A stretch of DNA of 64,000 bases from Octopus sinensis (lineage: Eukaryota), in assembly GCF_006345805.1 (NCBI RefSeq), contig NC_042997.1:54374001-54438000 (forward strand), in the 5' to 3' direction. This document shows positions 13,283 to 28,174 of the stretch, one piece after another (the stretch's first letter is position 1; every line of letters starts with the position of its first letter). Under the pieces are notes generated by a model that was not told the origin of the DNA, searched no databases, and saw only the letters and a list, made by a program, of their open reading frames with translations. The translations under genes were made by a program, and so were the position numbers.

Positions 13283-14706
13283 CTAAAGTGATACTTTTAT
13301 ACTTAACCGAAAATAATTTTTTTCCTCTGTGTGTTACTGAGATATTGAAAAAGATTTCTTAATTAAAGACCCAATTACAATAGTTTAAAGTTGCCCTGCA
13401 GCATCATTTATCACTGTCAATGTGACATGAGAACAAATCTAATACTATACCCATCCCAAATAATACTACTGTCCTATATCAACATAGCATAAAACAAACG
13501 TTCTGATAAATGTTCCTTGTCAAGACAACCTTTTGTTATAATTGTATGAAATATACTTCCTTGTATAAGTTTGTAAATAATCGATAAGGTGTTTTTGTTT
13601 GTGTTGTTTAATTCTATGTCAAACCTATGATTATAGGCGCTCCAGCTGTGACCATTCAACTTTTTTTTAACTATCAGTGTTTGAGTTGTCCAGTGTAACC
13701 TTTATTTAAGGTAACAGAGTGTGATTTTGGGGTGAGATTTGGCTGCTATTTCTAGCAGGGTTAGTAACTCCGTTGGCTCTTTATAGCCAACGTATAGGAG
13801 TGTTTGTGTGTGTGTGTTAAGTATGAAAAAAATTTTATGAGAAAGCTAGAGATACTAAAAAGTATGACAAATACCATATATGCCGACTGATTCTAATAAT
13901 GAATAAAGGATTTTCCCAAAAATTTCGACGTCTTTGCCTTGTGCGAATGAGTCATCATCTGGCAAAGCAGAAAAACCTAAGAGAGGAATGGTTGTTTTGT
14001 CTTTCTACTTTCATAACGCTAAAAATCGACTTCGATTGCTGAAAAAAAAAGTACAACAGAAATAATAAAAAAATCTAATTTTATTAAATGCAAACTGCAT
14101 GTGATTTGACAGTTATTCCAGATTTTATTTCGATAAATTTCGTTGCCTAATTTTTCCATGAAGCTGATAAAAGTTGGTGAGAATAAACCACAGTGAAGCA
14201 AAATTCAGAAAATAGTTTTATTATTGGAAAGGGAGAAATGACAATAAAGAAGACTTCGGCAGATGACAAGGATTTGTGATTTAAGTGACTACGAAGTTAA
14301 TGTTTTGTGTCTGTGTGTTTGCTTTTTAATGAAAAATGGGAAAATTTGACAAAGTTTTGTAACTTTTCTACCGTTTTATCTCTCTTCACTTGGCTGTCAC
14401 AAAAAATATTTAAATCGGTGATTTTTTTTTCCCCCGAAAACTTATCTGTGTTTTCGTTACGAGCTGACTTATGTGAATTTTGAAAAAAGTGTGAGGAATT
14501 ATAGATGAGGTGGTAAGTGGGCCAAATCCTGTTTCACAGTGTCCTCTGTGAGAGAAGGGGAGGCAGTGCGTGTAAATGCAAAGTGTAATTGAGCGAGTCG
14601 TTAACGACTACACGACAGTCATTTGGAAGGAAGATTTGACAAATCAGCTGCCTTCAAAGCTCGAAGTGGCTTAACATCTGGCCATCTTTCGACGACTTTG
14701 CCGATC

Positions 14707-15017
14707 ATGTCCAGCAGAGTTCGTCAACTTATTAGTAGTGTCTTTGGTACTTCTTCAATCAAATCGGATAATTTCCAACGCGTAAATGGTTCCCGGCGCC
14801 TAACAGAAACTGAAGTAAATAATGGTTCTTCGACATCCTCACAACTTTTTTCCGGAACATCGGATACATCGACAGAATCTACCGCTTACCCTTACACACG
14901 ACCTACATTTCTCTTTATGGACTCTGAACAGGTAAAAGAGTCAAGAGATCAAATCAAAAGACCAGCGGTTATCCCTAATGACATCCATAAGATTCCCATT
15001 AAGGCTGGCTATGCTGA
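14707..15017 (+). CDS. PPM1H: PPM1H-like coding exon 1 (MSSRVRQLISSVFG...YPYTRPTFL...KAGYA-E)
   Basis: First in-frame ATG at 14707; donor GTGAGT at 15018, phase 2. N-terminus resembles the amphipathic N-terminal helix of vertebrate PPM1H as recalled. Confidence 0.88.
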
Positions 15018-15446
15018 GTGAGTAAATTTTGTGTTCTTTTAAAACTAGTTCTATCAACTTTATTAGATATTATTTCACCAAGACTTCGATTGACTTCAGA
15101 GTATTGAACACCTTTCTAAACGAATATCATTCTGATTACAAAAGTGAAAACGAAGAAATTAACAATTGTGACATGAATAATTTGTTAATTAATCAGTTGT
15201 TAAGTTAGTAAGCCAAGTCATTTGACTATTTAATTGCATTTCAAGATTTCGGTGATATTTTAACGTTATATTTCTACATACACACAGCACCTTGCATGTT
15301 TGTATGAGTATATATATATATATATATATACCGACTGAAGATTAGAGGCTTCGAGTGACCTGTCTGTTTTTTTTTTTTGTGTCGTCTCTTTGTGTGTTTT
15401 TGCGTTCTTGTCCCACTTTGTAATTTATATTTTATATTTAATTTCT

Positions 15447-15501
<55 letters not shown>

Positions 15502-18500
15502 AAAAAATAATTATCATTTGGGTTCGGACTCATATTGGTTTGACGTCTGTACACGATAACAAACAACATCACCAAACTTTCTATGATGTTGAATTTCCCG
15601 TTAAAATAGACGGAAGTGATGTTCCAAAGAGTAAACACCAAGGAGCGCCAGACAATGGAATTATTACATTCGTTGTATATTATTAATTTTCTTCGCTATT
15701 CCTACGTCTCATGCCGGATATCTTGTTTTGATAATATTTTTTTAAATAACAAAAGTACTCGAGTTTCGACAAAAATTATATAATTTTCAACCACAAATTA
15801 AACGAATCAGCTTTGTAGAGAAGTCTTTACATGATCGGTAGAAATAGCAGTCAAATCAGCTTTATTGTAGAATACCCAAACAAAATAATGAAAGTAATGT
15901 GAATGAAAGCATAAGTGTTGTACTTCAGCATTTTCTGAAAATTTAAATTACTATTGTTTCAGTCTCTCGGGGATGAAAATGTACTAATAAATGAAAACTA
16001 AATAAATTCATAAGTTTAAGGCAAACGAAATATATTAAATACGTTTGTATTTACTTCAATTGTCATCAGTATTTGGATTGAAAACATTAAGAAAAACTTT
16101 GTCAGGCAAGTAATGAGAAATGCAAAAGGAACATTTCTGTAAAATCTGAAATGCTGTTTAATTTTGTAAAGAAGATCCATTTCATTACACATTCTAATAT
16201 CACGAAAAGCGATATGATAGTGAAAGTTCTGGCATTGTACCCTTTCCCTACATCATAATGTTTTACTTTTATTGATAACAAGTACATAAATATAAGAGTA
16301 AAAATATGTTGACTGCATGTGAAATGACATTTTCATTTTAAAGGAATTAAAGCTGCATCATTTTAAATTTTAGGAATTGTACGAGGAATTCCAGAGGTAC
16401 TACATTCTAGTGGGAGGAAATATTGGGTGTAGTGGTTAATACGGGGTGGGAGGAGAATATGGGTCATGAGAGGAGGAGAGATGAGTGATTGAACAAGCAA
16501 ACTCGTAAGCAGTTAAAAAGAAAAAGTAGAAAAAGCAGGGAGAGAAAGAGTAAATAACATATTCTGTGGACCAGTGGTTGGAGTGTTAATGAGTAAATTC
16601 ATGCCAATTAGTTGATGAGCATTTATTTAGAAGTAGTCAAGGATGTCTGTGTGTGTGTAACAACATTGTCTCATGTGGAAATAGTACTCTAGTAGTGTAG
16701 ACCTGCACTTCATAAAGAATTTTAGTTGGTAAGGACTGAAGTATTTTCTGACTGTAAAGATGACCAGTTTTTTAGTTGCAGATTTGGTTATGCTGAGGAT
16801 ATTCACCTGGAGAGATTCTTAGTTATGTTGAAGCCTACCATTTGCATCAACCTTTATGGTTTTAGAGGTATGATGTTCATATTGGTGATAGTAGGGAAGT
16901 GGGATAAAGTTTATTGGTTGGCATAGCGATTGTTACTTTGTGCAGTTGAAGTAGACAAGATTAGCAATACCCCCATTGGAGGCTGTTTTCAAGGTCCCTC
17001 TTCGTGGAACATTATAGATTTGGTGTCAGATGTCTAGATTGCATATGAATAATGTTTGGGTGTTAGGAGTGGGCATTGAGTTAACAGCAATTAAGTCATT
17101 AATGTGTAGGAGGAAGTGTATGAGGGACAAAAACTCAATCCTGGAACACATCAGAACTGATGAGGGGTCAGAGACAGCACCAGCAGCACATGCCAAAGTG
17201 ATGGATGAAACCCATAGGTGAACTGTTTTCTCAAGAGATTTGTTTGCCATAAACAGCTAAAAGCTTTTCTATTGTCAAAAACTACAACATTGTTTTTACC
17301 AAATGTTTCAAGGGTAAAATTCTACTGGTGCATGTCATAGGAGAGTGGATCTTTAGTAGATCTTGTTTTATGAAAGCTGTGCTGGTGGTCATTAGAGAAA
17401 GAGAGAGATTCAAGGTGATTGTTGTTATCCTCACACATTAAGAAAGTTACTAAAGACAGCACTTAGCATGAATTAATCCTTTTCCTTTTATGTCACTACC
17501 TATAAAACATTGTTTTGGTATATTGTGGGCAAACATTTTGCAAGAGTTCCTTTGCCATAAAGATGAATTTGTTGTGTCTCTTCATTTAGAAACTACAATA
17601 TTGGTGATGAGGTTTTTACCATCCAAATAAGTAGGAACTGATTTGGTTACAAACACATTCTGGAGTTTGTTTGTGACAGTTCCTGGACATTCACTTTTAG
17701 ACATGTTAAAATAAATGAATTTAATGGTGAAAATTTTGAATTAAGTTTGTGTTGATTGTGTGATAGTGATCTTATTAAAGATGCAGGCAAAGAAAGAGCC
17801 ATACTTCTCAGTGCCTATGATACCCCCACATACAATTTGTTCTGCACTTTATTGTTCCAACCAAACTTAGTGACCATACATACACAAACCTAGTTGAATC
17901 AATAACTAAACATCTGTAATCCATACCCAACCCTGTTGTTGAAAGGTTTAGATTCAATAAACACTACAGTTTACCCAGTTGAACTACAGAAAGTATATGT
18001 TGGCATTACATCAAATAACTGAATATAAGCCACTCTAAATGACATGTTAACCCTTTCGTTACCAACCCGGCTCTGGCTCTGTAGTACAAATGTCTTGTTT
18101 TCATAAGTTTTGAATTAAAATCTTCCACCAAACCTTGGTCACAATTTATGTTCCTAACAATAGCTTAATGATAACTAAGTTATTCTACTAAATTCTTTGT
18201 TATATTTAAAATAATTGAAAGAAACACAGAGCATCTCAAAATAAATAGATTAACGAAAGGGTTAAACTATATTGTGTGGCATTGAAAATGACAGAATCCA
18301 GTTACATCTTTTCATTGAAAGTACCATGAAGTCTATCATGGTCAAATCAGCAATAATTCAAAATCAAGAACACTTGCCGTCAGTTAAGCAGAGTTTGAAG
18401 GTCAACCAACAGCATTCCCAGTACGTGTGTTCAAAGTTAAGCAATGTTTTTTCTATAAAAACCCAAGACACATCATTAAAATGTGTTGCAAGAATGCAAG

Positions 18501-21500
18501 ATCTGAGCATCACTCAAAACCTAACCATGCTACCCATATACTTTGAAATGATCATTCCACCATGTCGCCAACTTTCAACAGCCATGCAGATATATACATA
18601 TATGTATAAAGTAAGGGAGCACCATACTGATCCCATGATTGCCAACATTTGCGTCAGTGGATTGACTTACCCATAAAAGTTGATACTGTAGTGTTTGTTG
18701 GTTATTAATGAAACTACTCTTACCCAACTGCAATTAATCACCAGACCATTACAAATTCAGCCAACTACCATCAAACTTTGCACCTACACTGAGAAAACTG
18801 TACTCCTCTAAAACTGTTGAGGCATCCCCTAGGAACTGTTGAAGTCAGAAAAAGGACATTCCTTATGGTCACTCCTGGGAAAGGACCAGGCTCTGCTGAG
18901 TCAAAATTGGTTATAACACTTTCAACTGGGAGAAATTGTACCTACAAACAGTGCAAATATAGTCATGCAACAAAAACTGGTTGTTCTAAAAAAAAATGAG
19001 TATGTTGGGGTATTCAGTAAAGCTCTAAATACATTAAAGCTGTGCCAGTGTTTTCTTAAGCTAGGCTTGTTCCATATTCCCCCAAAAGAAGGAATTTAAG
19101 TCAGGCTTGACAAATTAGTGCAAGAAGGTATTTGTCAGTTTGAAAATTACTCAAAATGGGATTCTTCAGTAATCATCATCATCATCATCATTTAACGTCC
19201 GCTTTCCATGCTAGCATGGGTTGGACTATTTGACTGAGGTCTGGCTAACCAGATTCCAATCTGATCTTGCAGAGTTTCTACAGCTGGATGCCCTTCCTAA
19301 TGCCAACCACTGAGAGTGTAGTGGGTGCTTTTACGTGTCACCGGCACGAGGGCCAGTTTAGTGGTACTGGCAACGGCCACGTTCAAATGGTGCTTTTTAC
19401 GTGCCACCTACACAGGAGCCAGTCCAGCGGCACTGGCAACGTCCTTGCTCGAATGTTTCACATGCCACCAGTGCTAGTAAGGTGACACGGTAACGATCAC
19501 GCTCGAATGGTGTGCTTAACGTGCCACCGGCACAAAGGCCAGTTTGTTGCTCAGGCAACGATCTCAATCATATGGTACTCTTAGCTCTCCACTAGCAACG
19601 GATAGGATGGGATGACAATCTGTGGAGATAATAAACAAATTGTCAACAAATCAGCCATTGTCATAGCCCTCCTCATTATGCAACTCTGAATTAGCTATGA
19701 TGGTTACCTTGTTTGGGGTGCCAGAGTAAATTATCCCTCCCAATCTAAGGGAGATAGTGCTCAGTCAACTTTACCTTTGAACACACATCCAGATGTCAGT
19801 AGGATGCAGACACTAGTTAGATGCCATGTTCAGTGACCAAAAATGAATAGGGACATAGAAACTTATGTTAGATGTATGCCAACATGCTGATCAGTATTCC
19901 AATACACCTCTGGGAGCAGTCTTTGAGTTCATACATTCATCCATATACCTTATACAGGGCCATTTCTGGCAGGATGGTTTTGATTGTTGTAGACACTTCA
20001 GATGGATAGAAATTTCCCTTCTCTAGCAACTGTTGAAAAACTTAGATCTGTTTTTGCAACACATGACCTTCCAAACATTTATGTATTAGCTAATGGTTCT
20101 GCTTTTATAAGTGATGAATTTCCAAAGTTTATGTCTTTAAATGGTCTACGTGTGCATTCTTGTCACCTACTCTTCCATGTCTTCCCTAATTATTATCCCT
20201 ACTCTCCCTACTTATCATCCCTCAACACCTATCCTTCATTATATTCTCCCTGTCACCCATTCTCCATTTCTCTCACATTCTCCTATACACTCTTGCAACC
20301 TCTACCCACCCATACAATCTGTTCTGTTCACACATGCTTCTACTCACCTGTACCTTGAGGGTTCACCCTAACACCTCATCACCACTGTTTTATCTTTTTC
20401 TGGTTTCATTCTGGTAATTCCCACCCTTTTTCTATGATGTGAGCAGCCATTTGTTTGAAACCAACAAAATATTTGTTAACCTTAACTCAAAAACTGATAT
20501 TTTATTAGATCTGGCTGAGATAATGGAGGATTAAAGTTCAGTAGTTTATTTTTTAGGTCTTTCTAATATTTTTCCCACCCTTTACTAATTATGTTTGTAC
20601 CGAATAGCTTAACTCATGATAGATTTGGAATGCAGTCTTATGTCTGTTAGTACTTTTTGTGCCCCCACTTTAGCTAATTCAACTGCTTTCCTCTTTCCCT
20701 TAATATCTGTATGGCTGGGTATCCAAATAATTATTACATGTTTATTATTTTCTGATAAATAATTATTTCATTTCAGGAGATTACTCACAATTTTTTTAAA
20801 AATCCACCTGCTTTTTCTTGACTGAAATAGTTTTAGGTTTGAATGAACTGTTGGTAAAAAAAAATCTTTTTCTCGTGATATTTCTTCAACAGAATCTAAA
20901 GATGTTACACCCTGCCACACTCCCTCAGATATTGTGAAATCATGATGTAATCTGAAGCTCATATTTGTATTATTATTTTGAAAGGTCCTACCCCATTGTC
21001 TGAATCTGACGCATCTGTATAACTGGCCCAGTTGTTAAAACAGTTTGATTGTGCAATGTTATTGTGGTATTCTTTTACATCCGCTCTTGATTTTCTTTAT
21101 CATTATTCTGTAGGGTTTTGATTGTCTTAAAGTAACGATATGCCATATACCTCTCATTCCTCTTTCCCCTTTTTCACAACTATGCCTCTCTCTCTTTTTG
21201 ACTTTCTTAATTCTCTTATTTAAAATTTTCTGTATTCTTTCCTTTCTTTCTGTTTCTATTTTTCTTTTCTTTTTATCTCTTTGTCTCATAGTTTTCTTAT
21301 TTTATTCATTATTGTATTCCATTTATTATTTTTATATTCATTTTTATTTATATCCTATAACCTGATGGCTTTCTCAACATAACTTGTGTTGAAAGTGAGT
21401 AACACTACAAACACTTGGAGTAATGATGGTATAATATCTCAATTTTAATTGCTGTTAATTTGTATTTATTGGGGTGACTACACAAATTTTATTGAACTGT

Positions 21501-24500
21501 AAATCAGAGAGAAAAGTTGAGAGAAATATTATCTGTATGGCTGGGTATCCAAATAATTATTACATGTTTATTATTTTCTGATAAATAATTATTTCATTTC
21601 AGGAGATTACTCACAATTTTTTTAAAAATCCACCTGCTTTTTCTTGACTGAAATAGTTTTAGGTTTGAATGAACTGTTGGTAAAAAAAAATCTTTTTCTC
21701 GTGATATTTCTTCAACAGAATCTAAAGATGTTACACCCTGCCACACTCCCTCAGATATTGTGAAATCATGATGTAATCTGAAGCTCATATTTGTATTATT
21801 ATTTTGAAAGGTCCTACCCCATTGTCTGAATCTGACGCATCTGTATAACTGGCCCAGTTGTTAAAACAGTTTGATTGTGCAATGTTATTGTGGTATTCTT
21901 TTACATCCGCTCTTGATTTTCTTTATCATTATTCTGTAGGGTTTTGATTGTCTTAAAGTAACGATATGCCATATACCTCTCATTCCTCTTTCCCCTTTTT
22001 CACAACTATGCCTCTCTCTCTCTTTTTGACTTTCTTAATTCTCTTATTTAAAATTTTCTGTATTCTTTCCTTTCTTTCTGTTTCTATTTTTCTTTTCTTT
22101 TTATCTCTTTGTCTCATAGTTTTCTTATTTTATTCATTAATTGTATTCCATTTATTATTTTTATATTCATTTTTATTTATATCCTATAACCTGATGGCTT
22201 TCTCAAACATAACTTGTGTTGAAAGTGAGTAACACTACAAACACTTGGAGTAATGATGGTATAATATCTCAATTTTAATTGCTGTTAATTTGTATTTATT
22301 GGGGTGACTACACAAATTTTATTGAACTGTAAATCAGAGAGAAAAGTTGAGAGAAATATTATCGCTATGAAAATCACAAATTTCTCTCTTTCAATCTCTA
22401 GCAATGAATTTGAATTTAATAAGATTTTTTAGAAGCTATAATTGTCAAAAATCTATAGAACATTCATACTTTAGCGTTATACATCCTTTCTCCTATCATT
22501 TCATTCCAACTTTCACACATCCTACACATTCAATGTCCATGTTTCACTACCATGAAATATTGCCTTTCATACCCATGCATATCATTGGCCTTTCATTCAG
22601 ACAGGTAATTTCCTTATTGCCAGCAGAGATAATATCCTTCTGATGTTTTTCTCACTCTGACATAAATTACAACTAGTTTACCTTCCTTGAGTTTTATTCA
22701 CCATTAACCCTTTCGATATCAACCTGGCTGAAACCACCTCTAGCTCTGTAGTACAAATATCTTGTTTTTATGAGGTTTAAATTAAAACCTTCCACCAAAA
22801 CTTAGTCACAATTTATGTTCCTAACACTAGCTGAATGATAACTACGTTATTTTACTAAATTCTTTGTTATATTTAAAAATAATTGAAAAAAATGGAGAGC
22901 ATCGCAAAATAAATACGGAAACGAAAGGGTTAAACAAAATATATAGTGCTTGATACAAACTGAAATAGGGATGATTCACTGTAGCACAACAAACACAGGA
23001 TGCAGCTTTAGTTCTATAACAGCTGATTATAATTCATTATCCCCACATTTTCAGGTTGAACTCCATTACATATCAGCCAGTATTGATAGCTAAATTAAGA
23101 AACATTAATGACAAACCTACACAACATCATCATCATCATCAAGCATCCATTGTCCAATGCTGGCATGAGTTGGCTGCACTAGACTCCTGTCTGATTTGAC
23201 ATGGTTTCTATGGCTGGATGCCCTTCCTAATGCCAACCACTCTGAGAGTATAATTAGTGCTTTTACATGCCACCGGCATGGCTGCCATTTGCATGACACC
23301 GGTATCTGCCATGACTGTGATTTTACTTGGCTTGATAGGTCTTCTCAAGTACGACATAATGTCAAAGGTCTCAGCCATTGCCTCCGTGAAGCCCAACACT
23401 TAAAGGAGCTTTTCACGTGTCACCGGCATCAGCCACTTTGCTTCAGTGAGGCCCAGTACTCGAAAGGGGCTTTTCACATGCCACTGGCAAGGGCTATATA
23501 TATATTATAATATATAGTCCTTTAAGTGAAAGGAGTGGAATAACAAAAAGGCAAAGCAGAGTAGGTAGATGTCAAAGAGGATTCATCATCTCTACTCACC
23601 ACCTCCTGATGGTCTGTTTCAGAAGAACCATCTGTTCATGAGTGTAGAAGCATCATCTTCAGGTATTATTTATTTGGGAGACTCAGATACTGCTGGTTTA
23701 TGTACAAGATTGGATAGATAAACATTTTATAATAGTTTTGGTAATGATATCTGCACGTGAGAGAGCAAAGAAGAACTTTGAGAATTCATCCACAATGGTC
23801 AGCAAATAGCTTTCTCTTTTTTCTTTCTTTTCTTTTTGTTTTGTAGTTGAGAGGAGAGGTCCCTTAGAAACAAGGCCTAGTTTCTCAAAGATCTGAGTAG
23901 CCTTTATCACATTAGCAGGTATTGGATTATAAAACCTTGGCTTTATCTCAGCACATGTGCAGCACGTAAAGATCATTCTTTTGACTTCCTCAGCAGAATA
24001 TAGAAGATTTCTGGCACACACAAAATGAAACACCCTTAAGTCCTTAACAAGGAAGAATTTGGTCTTGCGACAGACACAGCAGGCATTCCTTCAGCCTAAG
24101 CTTCCACCTGGTGAATCCACTCCATAATACAGCTGGAGGCTTGTGAGTATTTTCACTCTTGCCTGTGCAAACATATTTGGTATCATACCTAATTAGTGGA
24201 GTTTTCACCCTCCATCTGAAATCTACGGTACCAGAGACATGGAACCTTGTAGAGGAGACATTGGCTATATCTAGCCAATAGCATTTGGCCTCCTTTGCTA
24301 GTTCCTGCTCTTCACCTGTAATGGTTGTGACATCCCAATTCCTCATGTTGTCTCCTCCTGGACCAGCTTCAGGATCCCAGGACACACATCGTTTGTGCTT
24401 CCATGTCACACCTCCTAGAAGAAGTTGCAGTCTTATTGCTGGTTATAGCAACATTGGGTGGAAATTGCAGTATGCTTTTCTAACAGATTCCTTTACCTGA

Positions 24501-25832
24501 GATCCAAATGTTTCCCTTGTTAATCCCTGCAACAGATGATGCAGTATGTTTGTTCTTTTGAACCCCTTTCATATTGCAGTTTTTTTGGTGGTCTTATTCA
24601 TGTCAGGAACCAAGCTTGTATTTGTTTGTGACCCACAAGAGGTAGGAAATATGAAACAGAAATAGGTGAAGTATCTGAAGGGGATCATTTAAAGAAAAAA
24701 AAGGTTTGAATAGTGTCATAGAAATAAACCAGAGAGGGTAGATAAGCTGTGGGCAAAGTACAATGAGAGAAAAGAGTTAGAGGGCAGAGGCATGATGAGT
24801 GAACACAAGATATAAATGCTGGTAGAGCTACGTGTTTAAGATGTTTACTTTAAAATAACAAGGTTTAGGATTCATTCTCACTGCATGGGTACTATTCACT
24901 GATGTCATTTACTATAGCCACGGGTTTGCCAATGTCTTGTGAGTGAAATTGGTCAATGGAAACTGAAAGAAGCTTGTCATATGTGAATGTATGTTTGTGT
25001 CTTCTCCTTCTTTTCACATTTGTGTGCTGATTCAAAATAAAGTCACTTTTCACGCAAACGGTGTCATTTGTTTACAATTTTCCATAAAAACATATTCAGC
25101 CATTGAGCTATTCATTATGTGAAGAACTAAGAAAAATATTACAGTACTTGTAAACAACTGAGGATTGATAATCAGAAGAACATCTGATGATATAAGATCA
25201 TGGAAAAGAGGATGTTAAATGATAATGGTGGTGGTGGTGGTAACAGCAGCAAAGGCAGAGTAATAGAAGAGAGATAAATTAAGAGGATGTTGTACTGAAT
25301 GCTTAATTCAATTCTTAATTGAACTTTTCCACTGCTGAAGTTTTTAGCAACACTCAAAGAAGAGGGAGATAGTTCCAAGAAATTAAGAATTAATCTCTTA
25401 ATGTTAATTTACATGTATCTAACTTTATGATGATGATGTTGTACATACATGAACTACATACTGGTGCTGAACCAACAATATCCACTCTACTACTCAATAG
25501 GGACTGTTTTCTTAAGAGCAATTATGACTATATAACATTGTGCTACAACACAATCAGTTCTCTGTAAATGACATCTGTGACCTGGTTTTTTAAAAATTCC
25601 CCGTTATAGTTTTATTTTTAAGATGTTAATATATCTCAAAAAGACATGAACATCACAACTTCTCTTTGTTCACTACTTATAAATATGAAACTTATGGGTT
25701 AAATATTATTGTTGTCTAACCCTAAATATGATCTGGTATACCAAACTAGAGCTGAGGTTCACATCTGCACTAATTTGTTATCTATAGGAGGATTAAAACC
25801 TCTTAATCTCTTCAACAAATTATATGTATGTA

Positions 25833-25871
<39 letters not shown>

Positions 25872-27833
25872 ATGTGTACTGATACGAATGCTCAGTCTCT
25901 AATCAAATTGAAATCATCCCTACCTCATACAGATGACACATGAACATACTGAAAACATCTTTCCATATTTTCTTTCTAGTAGTCCTAATAGTCAAATTTT
26001 GGATGTTAGTGTGTGAAATTTATTATTTTTATCAGGGTTTTTTTTTTCATCTTAATCACCACTTCCGTCTCTAAAAAAAATAATTCTATCTCTTCTGTAA
26101 TAACATTCATTGTTGATACTGATGACGATTTCTTCCTTTGGAATGAAAACTTATACAGAAAAGGAAATGGAAAGCCCTTATCACCTCACCAGTGTCTAAA
26201 ATTGTCACATGCTCAGAGAAAGCACAGTAGGGTTAATTTGGTATCTGACTGCTGCTTATGTTGTTGGCTCTGTAAAGATGGGATGAAAGCTATATTTGAT
26301 GCTGACAAGGTTGTAACTAAATGTTACAAGACATCATCAAGGCTTTAATGTTTCTACTGTAAAAAATAATTTCTAACTTAGCACATAGTCATTAATTTTG
26401 AAGAAATGGTGTTATCAACTTCCAACTTTAATTGACCCTAGCACTTGACTGGTACTTAGGACTTGGTACTTACTTATCAACCCTGAAAGGATGAAAGGCA
26501 ATGTTAACCTCAGTGGGTTTTAAACACAGTCTAGAATGTTACTAAATACCATATGCCTATTTAATTGTCTTTTAGTCTCCACAATTTCTGCGACATTATT
26601 GCTCATATTATTAACAACAATGATGGTGATGATAATGACAATGACAATGGTTTCTTTTTTCCTAATAATGGCTTGTTAGAGCTGTTGAAACCATGCAGGA
26701 CACTCTCAGCACAGTGACACCTGGCACATTAAATTCTTTATCGAACTTGTTAATAATAGGTTCAGTAAGGAATTTAGTGTGCTAGGTGTTCATTAAGCAG
26801 AGGCACAATGGCCCAGTGGTTAGGGCAGCGGAATCATGGTCGGAAGATCGCAGTTTCGATACCCAGACCGGGCGTTGTGTGTGTTAATTGAGTGAAAACA
26901 CTTGAAACCCCCACGAGGCTCCAGCAGGGGATGGTGGCATCTCCTGTTGTACTCTCTCGCCACAACTTTCTCTCACTCTCTCTTCCTGTTTCTTGAGTAA
27001 CGCTGTGATAGACTGGCATCCCGTCCAGCTGGAGGGAACACATACGCCACAGAAACTGGGAAACTAGGCCCATGAGCCTGGCTAGGCTTGAAAAGGGCAA
27101 CGTTTTTTTTAGGTGTTCATTAAGGCTTGCTTTTTTTTTTTCTCTCACCACCACTTGCAAATTCATTTCAGTTCTAGAAGAGGTGAGGCTCTTTCTATAC
27201 CTAAAAAGTGTGATGTTATCCAAATCTCCAGTGACAAAACTTGTGATAGCCCAATGTTCCTGTCTAGAATAAACTGTCTCTCAACTAATTAATACTATGA
27301 CAACTGAAATAAACTTCATCACAGTCCACCAATCTATGGTGCTACAAGTCACTGCTCAAATTAGTTGAAATCAACTCTCCTTAGACAACCCTTTCATTGA
27401 CACTCCAGATATTTCAAACCTTAGTTATGTGATAAAATTATAAGAAATAATTTTGGCGCGACACTAGCCAAATTTTAACATCTCTGGAGCCTATTTTCTT
27501 ACCCCAACACCAACTTCCATTCAAACATTCACGTGACCCCTTTATAATGACCAATCAAAATTGTATTGACCATTGTCCACAAGAAATTTTAGGCGCGAAA
27601 CCAAGCAAATCTTAAACAACTCTGGAGCCTCTTTTTTCACATATAAGAGACAGCAAACCCAACATAAAGTCAGATAAGAGAAAAAAATCTATCAGAAAGG
27701 AACTCTATCTCTCTTAAAAAAATATCTTTTGATAAGCATAACAAATGCGCAGCCGGTAAAAAGAACTTTCACCTAATTAAATACACTCTCCCTTACTTAA
27801 ATTATTTTGTCAGCATTTTCTTCATTTCCTTTT

Positions 27834-27881
<48 letters not shown>

Positions 27882-28106
27882 TATACGACAGGCTTCTTTC
27901 AGTTTCCATCTACCAAAGCTTTGGTCGGCACGAGGCTATAGTAGAGGACACTTGCCAAAGGTGCCACACAGTGGGAATGAACCTGGAACCATGTGGTTAG
28001 TAAGCAAGCTACTTACCACACAGCCACTCCTGCACCTAATAAAGACAGGCAAAATACTGTTAAGCATTTCGCCCTGTGTACTAATGTTTCTGCCAGTTCA
28101 CCACCT

Positions 28107-28174
<68 letters not shown>

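Noticed and set aside
13912-13966. Possible fourth hammerhead on minus (CAGAUGA-U-GAC...GUC-GAAA-UUUU)
   Set aside because: The core has A in place of U4, helix I does not pair convincingly and helix III is absent; cannot be separated from chance.
14623-14706. N-terminal extension of the phosphatase from the TTG start in the ORF track
   Set aside because: Eukaryotic gene; the first ATG at 14707 gives a family-like N-terminus and length.
15331-15360. CCGA-CTGAAGA start resembling a hammerhead 5-prime core
   Set aside because: No helix II, GAAA or UH site follows.
19320-19600. CRISPR-like array from recurring TTTACGTGCCAC units (also at 55500-55770)
   Set aside because: Degenerate internal subrepeats of a eukaryotic interspersed repeat; the spacers are related to each other and no cas genes are present.
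26802-26875. tRNA gene (also the heads at ~3140-3205 and ~53617-53690)
   Set aside because: A/B boxes are present but no complete cloverleaf is evident; each continues into a SINE body, and this one has a target-site duplication.
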